A DNA stretch of 64,000 nucleotides, taken from NCBI RefSeq assembly GCF_036321535.1, contig NC_087469.1, forward strand, positions 13,268,001 through 13,332,000. Direction: 5' to 3'. The notes beneath the pieces are model-generated. The model did not search any database and was not told the DNA's origin. It worked only from the letters and a program-made list of their open reading frames with translations. The DNA is from Camelus dromedarius (lineage: Eukaryota). Numbering within the stretch: the stretch's first letter is position 1; each line of letters opens with the position of its first letter. Of the stretch, positions 11,770 through 23,240 are shown piece by piece. The position numbers and the translations under genes were made by a program.

Positions 11770-12822
11770 TTTAAAAAATATTTATTTACTTATTTGTTTA
11801 TTTTTAAGTCACAGGCACATTTATTATCCTCCAGAACATCAAGGTCCTCCCTTCCCAGGCAGTGTCACGGGAGGCCAACTCAGGAGGTGGCCATGCTGCC
11901 ACCCAAAACAGCTGCCCGTGGGGCAGCAGGGGCAGGGGCAGGATGAACAGTGCCTTCAGCTTGTCCGACAGGCTGGCAGTCTTGGAATCCTTTGCTTTGT
12001 AAGACTTGACCAAGCGGGTAAGCTTAAGGACACCTTCCCTGTCACAGCTGAAACCATAGACTTTGATTACCTTCTGCTGAATCCTCGCGGACACGAGTTG
12101 CAGCATCTTGCCCAAGTCGGTGCAAGCATTGTCCTGAGCCTGGTCTGAGAACACCTGGCTCACCTCGGCCAGGACCGGTGCGCCAGATGCATCCTAGGGA
12201 GGGGTCCTGGGTAGGCACTGGAGCACGGTCTGCCGGCATGCCCAGCCGAGAGCGCAGGGCAGAGGGCAGGGAATTAGTGGACTGAATCCGCAGTAACCCG
12301 ATGAACTCGGCCCCCGATTCCCTCACTCTGGGGGCAAGGAACCCTCTTAGGAGAGGGAGGCTGGTACCGCGCGCCCCCATTTGCCGGCGAATGCAGCCAC
12401 ATCTCTCGCCTCGGCCCTTCCGCCCGCACCCTCCTCCGGCAGGAAGCCCACCTGGTCACTAGGAGGCTTCTCACCCTTGGCCTGTTTGGCGCCCAGGGCA
12501 GCGGCATGGGCCGAGGCGGACGCCATAGGACAAGAGATGCCCGTGCAGGGCCGCCAGGGAGACGCTCCGGAGAAGCAAGCGACCTCCTAGAAAGGCTCTC
12601 CAGGCGGGTGGGGGCGGAGGGGACGCGGCATCCGCGAAGCCCGAAGCCTCCCGGTGGCGTCCCAGCCTCCGCACTCTAACCTCCCCGGAGCACCTAAGCA
12701 GCCTGGTAGGCGGGGGCCATCCCGCCCCAACCAAACTGATTCTCGTTGAGAACGACGGGGTAGGGGCTCTCCGGTGCGGGCCGGAACACCTGCTACGCAA
12801 ATTCTAAAACTGCTTTAACACT
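11770..12822 (-). pseudogene. C12orf57: Semi-processed retrocopy of a U7 snRNA to C12orf57 (protein C10) transcript
   Basis: Minus strand, in order: U7-like sequence 12822-12762; spacer; ATG at 12526 giving MASASAHAAALGAKQAK (52 nt, ends 12475); GTGAG intron 12474-12178; exon 2 fused to exon 3 (VLAEVSQVFS-DQAQDNACTDLGKMLQLV-IQQKVIKVYGFSCDREGVLKLTRLVKSY...LSDKLKALF) matching C12orf57; original TGA at 11882-11880; AATAAA at 11825-11820; A-rich tail; TSD CATAG(T/G)TTTT(A/C)TTT at 11756-11769 and 12823-12836. It carries two in-frame deletions and a 1-bp frameshift near the C-terminus. Confidence 0.92.
12762..12822 (-). ncRNA. RNU7: U7 snRNA copy (degenerate; forms the 5' end of the retrocopy)
   Basis: Reverse complement is AGTGTTAAAGCAGTTTTAGAATTTGCGTAGCAGGTGTTCCGGCCCGCACCGGAGAGCCCCT (61 nt). 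Recalled human U7 is CAGTGTTACAGCTCTTTTAGAATTTGTCTAGTAGGCTTTCTGGCTTTTTACCGGAAAGCCCCT. The anti-HDE 5' segment, a mutated U7 Sm site (AATTTGCGTAG versus AATTTGTCTAG), the 3' hairpin and the CCCCT end are all recognisable. No native upstream promoter was carried along, so it is most likely a pseudogene. Confidence 0.85.
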
Positions 12823-15800
12823 CATAGGTTTTCTTTAAAAAAATTTTTATATTGGTACAATTTAAAAAATATCTACACTGTTATAGAAGTAAGTCAATGA
12901 TAATTTGCGAAACCGATTTTTTATATTTTGAAAAATATTTTAGATTTGAAGAATATTTTAATATGTTTTATATCTTTTCATGTATTTTGAAAAATGCTTT
13001 TGGGAAAATGATGCATTTGTTTCTTTTTTCTTTTTTGCAATGTTTTATCTATGGCAGCATCCAGAAGAAACTTTCTTTTCTTTTAGGTTCTGTCATATAA
13101 GACGTTTATACCTTATATTCTTTTCAGCCGTTTGAAGATCATGTTTTTAATAGTTGAAGAAAGGATGCAGATAGATCGTGGCTGAAGCACACTGCTTAGT
13201 CTTTGGGTACCGCTCAATTTTGCTGAAGGTCTATTGCATATGTACAGAATACAGTCGACCTACTGTTATGTGGTGTATTATTTTGTAACCAATCCTTTAG
13301 CTTCAATTTAAAACAAAAAACTTATGAACCCTGAGCTGGGTTCTTTCTAGGCTTGGAGTCCGACCTGGTTTGTCTTACAGGAGGTCATTTTCCCCAGGCT
13401 CTGTCTGGGATAACTCCTAGCTGCTGTTTTTGCCTTAAAGAAAATTTTCCTGAACAAATATCCATCTGAAAAGTTGGCTGTGACTTTTTGTGGTCCTGTA
13501 TTTGCCTCTTTATTTCCTGTCAATACTCATTTATCCTACAAATCAAATTATCCTTATTATTTTAATAGTAACTTTTGTCTTTACCTTCTCTGTTTTAGGT
13601 AAAGAAATATTGGTTTCTTAGAATTATTTGACATTTCTAGGTAGGTAAACTCCTTTACAAATTTATAATTATTTCTGTCCCTCAAAGAGTAATTTTTGAA
13701 AGGAATTGGATTTGAATAACTTGACTTGCTGTTGACTTTAGTAGTAGAGTTCTTTTTAGTTTCTTTTAAATCCTTAGCCCCAGTTTCTACATCTACAAAA
13801 AAGTATTGTTCATCTACACGTTCCTTTCCAGTCTAAATATGTCTCTTGTTTTCCATGATGGCAGGTACCCTCTCTGTGCCCCCATTCATAAACAGTACTC
13901 ACATTTTACTAAATAAATAAATCAGAATTGGTGGGCTCCCCCTTAACCATGGGGGTGCAGCTGCCCAAGATTAAGCAGTGGTAAGCTTAGTAGTCTGCAT
14001 TTTCTTGTACCAAGTACAGAGTTATCATAATCTGTACCTTCCTGGTGTCTGTCACCTTTTCTCTGGTTGTTAGTGGGAGATCTGTGTAGTTCTAGATAAC
14101 TGATTACTGCAGTATTAATGCTGGGCACGGAAAAGACCCAAACACCAATATACATAACAGATCTGATCTTTCAGGATTTAGAGAAAGGGAGGATTACAAG
14201 AAGGCAAAAATCTAGGCTGAAAGAGTGCAGTTTACAATTGCAAGGTGCGTTATTCCATTTCTTCTCATAATCTTCCAAGTTGTTACAAGGCAGTTTGTTT
14301 CATTTTCTTTAAAATAATCAAAGGTCCCCAAAGGGTCTCGCCTATTCAAATAGGGTCTTTGCACCAGTAAGAACTGTTTCCACCACAAATCTTCTAATAT
14401 CCCCTCCTCACCCAGTGCTTCCGCACCCAGATAATGAGCTTCCCAACTGTTTACCACTGCAAGTACAGCATCATTGTGTCTGGGTGAACAAGTAAGACTG
14501 TTGTTGAGGACAAGTATAATGATCGAATAGAGCACACTTTGTAGAGAAGCAGAAATGCTTTCACCTCCCCTTTTCTTTACCCTTCCCCACCTTCGTTGTT
14601 GACAACACTGGGGATTGATAGGTATCTTAACAGAGCAATGTGGGTTCCCTGGAGCTGCCTCTCATCTGCTCTGTTGTTTCTTCCGTTTATCCAGTTAATT
14701 GTTCCACCACCTCCGTAAAGTCTTCCACTTTCCTTCTTGCCTGCATAGTCTTTGATGGCCCTGATGAGAGCTTGAATCCACTCTGGTACTGTAAAACTTG
14801 AACAGTTTGATAACTTTAAAAAGCACTGTGCCATTTTTTAAGAACGAAAGTCTGGGATGGTTGAACATGAATAGAGTTGCAGTTGGCCATGGTTGTCTCA
14901 GGATTATATAACTACGGGAAACATGGCATTGAGAACTTTTTATTGTTGTATTTTGGTCAAAGAAACATCTCTGAAAGAACTGAAGACGTAGTATCACTCG
15001 CCTCTGTGGAGTCTCTCAAGTTCATGATAGTGAAAAAATGTGACTTTGTGTCAGCCTTTTCTAGATGATCTGTGGGCCCTCAGGATCCCCTCATGTCCAG
15101 GAGGAAAGGTTCTGGACTGTGACGGTCTGTGTATAACAATTTAATTGTAACCTTGCCAATACAAGGCTTTCTTGTTTGATCATTTTCCTCATTACCAATT
15201 CTGTGGATCCTTACAATCTGCATAAAATTTACACATTTCAAGAATCTAGATTTAGACAGGAAAATGTGGGTAATGGAAAGAGCATGGGAGGTCTTGGAAT
15301 TGAAGAACCTATGTTTTATTTCTTGTTTGGCCACCAAGAGCTTTGTGATGTTCAGTAAGATCCTTGAGTGACCTGTGTCTTTTTCTCCTCATCTCTAAAA
15401 TGAGGGTAGCCATAGTGCCTTATTCAAGGTCCTAAGACAGGAGCTACCACAGCAATTTATATGTACTTTATGTTCAATAAATGTTTAGGAATATAGGGTT
15501 GGGGGAAAGGATGAACAGAATAGGATTAATATATGGTGTAGATGGGGAGATCTGTGCTGCTGTCAATAAAATGTCAAAAAGTTCCGTTGCAACTGAGGTT
15601 CATTAAAAACGTGAATTTATATAGTTATGATAAAGCTATCACATTTAAGATCTCCCATGAGTAGTTTCTTGGCAAAGTAGTAATTGGACTTTGATTGACC
15701 AAATATACATGTAAACAAATGTAGTAAGCCTCAGACTGTTTAAAATATAGATATGGATAACTATATAATAAAACATACTTACATCATGCATCATACTGAC

Positions 15801-17104
15801 TGTAGAAAAGTTGGTATTTTCTTCATTCAAATATGTTAAGAACCTCGAATGTTGGCTATTTTCTTCCCACTGGCTTCCATCCATTATTCTTTAAATTCTT
15901 CTATTGCTTCAATTTTGAATTCCATTTAAATCTCTCTCAGTCTTAGACTCTTCCCCGTAAGACACATATTCCCTTTCTCGAAACCACATCAACTGGTTTT
16001 TCAGTTTTTGCTGAAATGTTTCATCTACTTCATTTAAATGAAAACTTGTCCTTTTATAACCTCTTCCTTTCTGTCCTTTTCCTAGTTCTTTTTCTTATTC
16101 CTACAGAATAAGTCTAAATCTTGACTTAACGCTAAGATTAAGTCCAAGTGTTATGTTTTCAATTAATCTTTGATTTTATACATATTCAGGGTCACATTTT
16201 TGCCAAAAAAGCAGAATCGTGAGCGTGGTGATGACTCAGGAAATCAGACATAATGAATTAAGAGCAGGTCCTCTTACTTCTAGTTTAGAATCTCTGGCGC
16301 CAAGACTGAAAGACTTTCTGACCGAAATCTTTCCAAATCTCAGATCATTTTTTTTTTCTTACTTATAGGGATGTAACTTCCAGTCTATTCACTTAATTTC
16401 TCTATCTTCTGTGAGTCCATCCGGAAGCTTGGATATATTCAAAACCATAGACCGTCAGACTGGAAGAGAAGTAAAGGGATATTAGACAGTCTGGTGCTAA
16501 AATATTCTGCACTGTCTCTGCTGTCGGGTGATGCGAAAATCACTATTTCTTGACGTGTCTCATTCTACTTTAATGGTCCTGATTGTTAGAAAAATTCGTA
16601 TTTGCATTCACTGAACTGTCTCTCTAAACTTTCTTCATTTTGTTTAGTCACTCCTGTTCATTCATCAGTTCATATTGTGATTTGATTTTAGATATATCCA
16701 CCTATTTACTTTCTACAGGATATAATATTACCTTATGATTATTAAAGTGATTACAACTGGATGAATTGTGATATTTAATGATTTTTTTTTAATTCACCTT
16801 TAGAGGTTTGGTTTAGAGTGGCTCTTGGGATTCTGGCATTAAAAAAAGTTTCATTATTATTATTGCCGTCACAGGATGTTGGAACTGAAAAAACTAATCA
16901 CAGAAAGTTAAGGTCTCCTGGGAGACTCTCTTGGGTGCTTATTTTATTTATTTAAAGAAAAACTTAGAGATCAGATGAAGCCTCAATGAACTAGAAACTT
17001 GGAAAACAAGTTTTAAAGTGTTCCTAATGTTATGAATAAGCTTTAAGATGCTTTTGCAAATGAGACTATTTACATAGATATATATCTGTGTACATATTAA
17101 AAAC

Positions 17105-17520
17105 ATTTTATTGAGGTATGATTTTATGATTTGCACACATTTTAAAGTGTATGATTTATTGAGTTTTGACAGATGCATACAGTCATGTAGCCATCATTAC
17201 TATTACAAGAATGGTTTAAAATGTTTACATTACCTTAAACAATTGCGTGTTCTTTTGCAAGTACATACACCCCCTCCCTATCTCAGCCCCTGACAGCCAC
17301 TGATATGTTTCCTGTCATAGTAATTTGACTTTTCTATAATATTATAGAATGCAGTCTTACAGCATACAGTCTTTTGATTTTTTTCACTTAATCTGATGCT
17401 TTAAAATTAATCCAGTGTTTTAGGCATCAGTAGTTTCTTCTTTTGTACTACTGAGGATCACCTGTTAGATAGATTGCATAGATATATGACTGTTTATTTA
17501 TTCACCAAATAATGGGCACC
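17105..17520 (-). mobile_element. Ancient L1M 3' end
   Basis: TTTTATTGAGGTATGA...CACATTTTAAAGTGTATGATTTATTGAGTTTTGACAGATGCATACAG...GTAGCCATCA... is the typical reverse-complement L1MB/MC 3'UTR. Confidence 0.6.
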
Positions 17521-18289
17521 TGAGAGGTAATTAAAGGCTTCTAGTTTACAGCCTAGACAAAAATACCAACTCAGAAGAAATAAACAGAAAGTTGTAAAAT
17601 ACTGTGCATATACTAGTTACCAGGAAAAAGCAAGATATTAGGTAAGACTGTAAAAGTATCATCTCCTAATCTAGGAATTCCAAGTCTTAGCCTTTGCTCA
17701 CTCACCTGAGACCAAACACTGGGACGGTACTAGCTTAGCCTTTCACTGGATTTTCTTCATCGAATTGAAATTTGATGTAACATTGGCCTTTAATAAGCCA
17801 ATTATTAAAATTAAAATTCTTTAATAGTAATAATTTATATTATTATTTAATAAATCTAAAAACATTTATTATAAAGTTGTTGCAAATATTGAACACTGTT
17901 CAATATTTCCCATGCAAATTTCTATTAGAGAAATCTCTTTTGAGTGAGAAATAAGAGGAAAGACTTTGTCATACCAAAAGAATTTCGTGTGTTTTTATTT
18001 CTGGTATGACTCTACAGGATATCATGACTTTGTTTTCTTTTTGCTTAGATTCTGGAACCTTAGATTCAGGAAAGTTAAAAATTGATGTTCGATCCCAGGA
18101 ATGATGTTAAACTTTACGTTTAAAGTATTTGTTATTTATGTAATATGTGTAATATCAAATAAATATATATATTCAGAATTATACATAAATAATTTTACCT
18201 CACTTCTAATTATTTTTAAAGACTCAGGGCATACAAACATACACACATATGATTATGAATACATAAAATAAATCTTAAAAATAACATAT

Positions 18290-19228
18290 TCATTTTGAAG
18301 ATATTTTTCTTCTTAAGAGTTTCATCAGTGCATTTTTCACTTCCTTGTTCCTCAGACTGTAAATCAGGGGATTCAACATGGGAATCACGTTGGTGTAAAA
18401 CAGTGAGGACACCTTCTCCTGGGCGAGTGAACTGCTGGAAGCAGGTTTGAGATACATGGACATGAGAGACCCATAAAATATGAGGACAGCTGTCAAGTGG
18501 GAGCTGCAGGTGCTGAAGGCTTTGGACCGGCCCTCTTTAGAGTGGATGCGGAGGATGCTGGCAAGGATAAAAGCGTATGAAATGATGATTATCAAGCTGG
18601 TGGCCACCATGTTAAATCCTCCAATGACAAAAATCAAAAGCTCATCGATGTAAGTGCTGGAACAGGAGAGTTTAATAAGAGGAACGATGTCACAGAAATA
18701 ATGCTGAATGATGTTTGATTCACAGAAAGTCAACCTTAATATACAACCTCCATGAATCAGAGCATCAGTAAAACCTACCGAGAAGACAGCAGCCACCAGC
18801 AGGGAACACACCTTGGGGGACATGATGACATTGTAGAGCAGGGGGCTGCAGATGGCGACATAGCGATCATAGGCCATTGCTGCCAGCATGTAGCACTCAG
18901 AAATGGCACAAATACAGAAAAAGAACAGCTGAGTCATGCATCCAGAGTAGGAGATAACTTGATCTCTGCATAAAAACCCTGCCAGCATTTTGGGGGTAAT
19001 GACAGAGGAGTAGCAGAAATCTAAAAAAGACAAACTACTGAGGAAATAGTACATAGGCGTGTGGAGTTGAGAACTCAGCCCAATTATTGAGATCATACCC
19101 AGGTTTCCCACCACGGTGACTACATAAATCCCCAAGAAGAGGCAGAAGAGAGGCAGCTGAAGCTCTGGTTGGTCAGTTAATCCTGAAAGAAGAAACTCCG
19201 TCTCTGTGGATTGATTTCTTAAACCCAT
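18290..19228 (-). CDS. OR8D4: Olfactory receptor family 8 subfamily D member 4 (312 aa, intact)
   Basis: Intact ORF that matches recalled human OR8D4 nearly residue by residue ([78 protein letters not shown]). Acceptor TTTTCATCTCCACAG gives an exon start at 19243. Confidence 0.95.
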   Translation of the reverse strand: MGLRNQSTETEFLLSGLTDQPELQLPLFCLFLGIYVVTVVGNLGMISIIGLSSQLHTPMYYFLSSLSFLDFCYSSVITPKMLAGFLCRDQVISYSGCMTQLFFFCICAISECYMLAAMAYDRYVAICSPLLYNVIMSPKVCSLLVAAVFSVGFTDALIHGGCILRLTFCESNIIQHYFCDIVPLIKLSCSSTYIDELLIFVIGGFNMVATSLIIIISYAFILASILRIHSKEGRSKAFSTCSSHLTAVLIFYGSLMSMYLKPASSSSLAQEKVSSLFYTNVIPMLNPLIYSLRNKEVKNALMKLLRRKISSK

Positions 19229-20000
19229 TTTCCTCTGAGAAATCTGTGGAGATGAAAAGACAGAGTCAAATTAGACAGGCAGGATCCCAGCTTATCCCCA
19301 GTTCCTCTACCCATGAAAACAGGAAGCCCAGGTTATTTTACCCGGTGGCACTGGATCTGTGTTTCCATTGATATGCAGACTTTGACTCACCAAAAAGTCA
19401 GGTCTCAGATGAAACAGAGAAAGTAATCATCTGTCTATCTATAGATTTTAGGAACCCTAAATTAATGTTCACACCCTCCCTAGTGTCTCAAATTCTTTTA
19501 GCAAAGTATAAAACATTTGACTCCAGAATTAAAAATAAGTCTAATGGTAAAGAACATTGGAGAGTTTTTCTAAAGCAAATTAGTTGAAGAGGAGCAGGAG
19601 GAAGAGGCTGTGGGCTGAGGAAGTACTTTTCTAATGACACAGTTGCCTAGGGCTGACCCTGCCCACGGGATTTCCTACAGAGAAGGTATCTATTGTTAAA
19701 ATCAATTACGATTTCCACATTAAGGTTTACCAGGGTGTTCCTCAGAATATTAATTCCAGCAATGTGTTAATATGTGTACGTGAAATAAGTATCTTAGGGT
19801 GATACTGATTTCAGACATGCAGCGTTACACAAAGTTAAACAGGTTTCTTAACTGAAGGCTGTTTCAGATTCTCCTGGACCGTATATAACAAACAATATTT
19901 TCCAAACTAATTTGGTGATAGACTCTCTCTCCCACTTTAAAACAGACAAACATATTGTAGCTCTAGTGTGACTCAGAACATTTCAGGAAATTGTATTTTC

Positions 20001-20124
20001 TTTCTTTTTTTTCAGTTTTTTTAAAAAATTGAAGTACAGCCAGTTACAATGTATCCGTTTCTGGTGTACAGCACAATGTCCCAGTCAAGCATATACGTAC
20101 ATATATTTGTTTCCATAATTTTTT
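20001..20124 (-). mobile_element. Short L1 3' stub with TSD
   Basis: L1 3' terminus (AAATTGAAGTACAGCCAGTTACAATG...) flanked by TTTCAGGAAATTG(T/A)A(T/C)TTTC at 19981 and 20125. Confidence 0.7.
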
Positions 20125-20293
20125 TTTCAGGAAATTGAACTTTCATTTGCGTTCTGTTATAATCGAATCATGAACTGACTTCCATGTGGGAAGCTTATTC
20201 TTCTAACACTTCAGTAAAACTGGACGATGATAGAATGGCAGTGATCTCAAAACTCTATCTCTGGTCATCCTCTGAGCCAAGACTGCTTCTCTC

Positions 20294-20440
20294 ACCAAGG
20301 CCACTGAGCACGACTTAATACACTACTGCCAGTGCTGCCGCTTGGGCTGTGCAAACCACCGGGTTCTGTGTGTTTCCACCGGAGGCTCCCATGCAGTGCT
20401 TCCTGTCTCCACCCACGCTTCTCCCAGGGAGGGGCAAAGG
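20294..20440 (-). promoter_or_regulatory. Probable OR8D4 5'UTR exon donor and O/E (EBF) promoter site
   Basis: Minus-strand donor CCTTG/GTGAGA with GT at 20295-20294. EBF-type palindrome TCCCAGGGA(G) at 20422-20431, about 130 bp upstream. O/E sites are an established element of OR promoters; assigning this one to OR8D4 is inference. Confidence 0.4.
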
Positions 20441-21291
20441 GGACACATGCCTTGGAATTGCCTGTTCTGGGGTCCACCAAGGCTTTATCTCTGAAAAATC
20501 ATACCATTTTTCTTTTGCTGTTGGGCTGCACCCAGAGCCATCCCTACACTCTTATGTTTACCCAGAGATTATGCAGGGCGCTGCTCAGACATCTGGTTTA
20601 ACATTTTCTCAACCTGCCAGCAAAGGATCTACTTTTCTCTCTGGCTCTTCAATAAACTCTTCGTATCTTCTTACTTGCAATCTATTAAAGCTGTATTAGA
20701 ACAGGGCACAATTCCTTTGGCCACTTGCATTCCCAAGGTTGCAGGAGCCTTTTCCGGATTTCCCAAATCAGTTTAAAACAAAGAAGCTTCCTAACACTGA
20801 ACAGCTGTTCTCTGAACAGGTTTCCAAATTCTACAGAATGCGTGACATTTGCATCTGCGCTCCTTCTCCTGTCCTGAGGGATGGAGATAGTGCAAATGAG
20901 GGATTGTCCGTTTACCCTTAGCCTGTTGCTAAAATACCCTTGAGTCCTCCTTTGCCTTCATCTCTTGCACAGGTCTAGTCTAGTCACAGAGACTACACAG
21001 AGAAACGTGAAAGGAAGGTTCAGGAAGACGCATGTACTATTTTTTGCCTTCAATGTCTTTTCATGCATGCCTTCAAACTGTCCTGAGTATCACAAACTCA
21101 CTAACCACTCCTCACGTGTCTAACTCTCCCACATTTCTCCTGATTCCTGCTGGGCTCTCTGTCGCAGTAAAATGCCTTCCATCCTGCCCACGTCCTTGTT
21201 CTGTTCCAGTGCCCTCCCTGCCCTGTCTTCCCTCTGCTCAAGCCAGCTAGGTTTCTCTGTGCTGTCTTTCCCACTTCCCAAATATCCCTGT

Positions 21292-21616
21292 GTCCTTGTG
21301 ACTCAATGTGCAGCGTCACTAACATCATTTGGGGATTTGTTAAAATCCATGATCTCAGGTCCTAAGCTACAGGAATTGAATCAGGATCCCCATCTTCGCA
21401 AAATCCCCACATGATGTGTATGCACATTGAAGTCTGAGAGGCCCTATTTTAGGTTATTCTCTCCTAAAGCTGAAACCATCTTTCTTTGTTCTTGTTTTCT
21501 CCTCTGAACCTCTCTCTGCTTCTCTGTGCCAGAAAGCATTTCACGATCATGTAAAGCGCATCCTTAAAACCATCTTCTCAGGAAGAACCGCCTTGGATGA
21601 AGGATAGAACCGTACC
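21292..21616. repeat. Copy A of an approximately 330-bp inverted duplication (MER5A-like half plus unique half)
   Basis: Aligns by eye to the reverse complement of 30588-30919, including non-repeat sequence such as GAGAGGCCCTATTTTAGGTTATTCTCTCC and TCTTGTTTTCTCCTCTGAACCTCTCT. Confidence 0.85.
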
Positions 21617-22034
21617 AGACTTGCCCATGAAATCCCGGCCCAGGGAGACAGAGGCACAGAAGATTTTCTTGTTCTTGAAATTACTGTTTGGATCACAGAG
21701 GTACCTAATCAAGCTGATAAGTGACATAGACACTGATTTAGGTGAATAATTATTCCGTTTTCCTTTTTGGTCTCCAGAGTTCCTGGTGTTTAGGAAAAGT
21801 TTTAATTGCCCCAGATGGGACTATGTTCAGTTATTTACCAATGAATGTTAACGATTGTGAATGCTACAATATTATAGTTCCTACTTTCCAAGATACATTC
21901 AGGTGGGAAATGTTTGTAGAGGTGTACACAGTCCCAAATGAATTCTAGTTTTTAAAATTATCTCTGGACCTTTAGTGGTTAGTTATCTACCCTAAGACTG
22001 ACATGATTCCTGATTTATGTTGTAATCTGTTTCG

Positions 22035-22185
22035 NNNNNNNNNNNNNNNNNNNNNNNNNNNNNNNNNNNNNNNNNNNNNNNNNNNNNNNNNNNNNNNNNN
22101 NNNNNNNNNNNNNNNNNNNNNNNNNNNNNNNNNNNNNNNNNNNNNNNNNNNNNNNNNNNNNNNNNNNNNNNNNNNNNNNNNNNNN
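22035..22185. other. Assembly gap (151 N)
   Basis: Run of N; the right flank is L1 3'UTR-like sequence. Confidence 1.
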
Positions 22186-22779
22186 GTCCTCTGTCAACGG
22201 ACATTTAGGTTGTTTCCATGTCTTCGCTATTGTATATAGTTTTAGCCTCTTTTAAATTCCTCAGCTACATTTTTATTTCTCTACCTTACGCTGACCTCTC
22301 ACTCCTTCTTTGCTCTTTCTCATAAGCGGTGATGTTCTCTAGAATTTCCTTCTCTACCTCTTGTCGCATTCTGTGTGATGTCCCCACGTGGTGATATGTA
22401 CCTCTGTGCTTCAACTGCCATCCCTAGGCTGATAACCTCCAATCTGTTATCAAGATCCAGAACTACATTCTGTCTATTGTATGCCCTGTAGGCACCTTAA
22501 ACTTAACCAAAACCATGTTGCTCCCATGTTCTACATCTTACTTAATAGCATCATTGATTACTGTTCTCCCTAGCTGTTCATAAGATTTCTTTGACCTGGA
22601 TCTCACTAATCTCACCCTATCAGTTTCTCTAATCTGGCAATATCTTTATATCTTTAATGCCATTGTCTATTAAAATTTTAAAGGAGACATAAATCTTTCA
22701 GCCCAGGAATCCCTCTCTTAAGAATATATTGCATAGAAATAAAATCATCACTATATAAGGGCATAATCATATCAGTTGT

Positions 22780-23240
22780 CATGGTGTGCTGCTTGTCACC
22801 CTCCCGGTCCTTCCACTATACTAGGCCCCAGGGGTCAAGAGTCAACCTGAAAGATGATTCCTCAGCAGATGGCAGCCCCAACAGCAAGCTGGCTCTGATA
22901 TAGGAGTGGTGAAGTGTGGGAGCTCATTCCCACAGCGACCAGAAGTATTGACTACTGAGGCTTGCGGGTTCTGACAGATAGTGTACAGGTGCCCTCGAGA
23001 CAGAAGGGAAGCCAGCATTTCACGGCAGACTGAGGTCTCCTGCTCCGTTCAGGATGACTCTGGCCCCCAGATCCGGGTTCCTGGTAGGGCTGGCTATTGT
23101 TTCTTCTGTTGCAACCACAATTCAGTTCGATTTCTGCTCAAACCTGTTTCCTTCAAACACTTGCAGCTGTGATTCTTGGATGCACTCCCCGATCTACTCC
23201 CCACATACAGATCTCTGCCTCAGAATCTCTTTCCCAGGGA
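22780..23240. mobile_element. Possible old ERVL-type LTR (LTR16-like)
   Basis: General resemblance only (CAGCAGATGGCAGCCCC...GCTGGCT...; TTCTGCTCAAACCTGTTTCC). Termini are not resolved. Confidence 0.3.

Noticed and set aside
11804-12163. The 119-aa ORF as a functional C12orf57 retrogene
   Set aside because: The track start is GTG, exon 1 is separated by a retained intron with a dead acceptor, conserved segments are deleted and the C-terminus is frameshifted.
11860-12177. APOBEC3-type G-to-A hypermutation of the retrocopy (several E-to-K, G-to-R and A-to-T changes)
   Set aside because: Most of these changes sit where a CpG is likely in the parent (TAC AAA, GAC AGG, TCC AAG), so ordinary CpG decay explains them. 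This cannot be tested without the parent sequence.
12762-12822. A functional second U7 snRNA gene
   Set aside because: It begins directly at a TSD, so no snRNA promoter (PSE/DSE) came with it. The U7-specific Sm site and the anti-HDE segment are both mutated.
21992-22239. ORFs spanning N runs (also 37118-37663 and 49677-49981)
   Set aside because: They are artefacts of translating assembly gaps.
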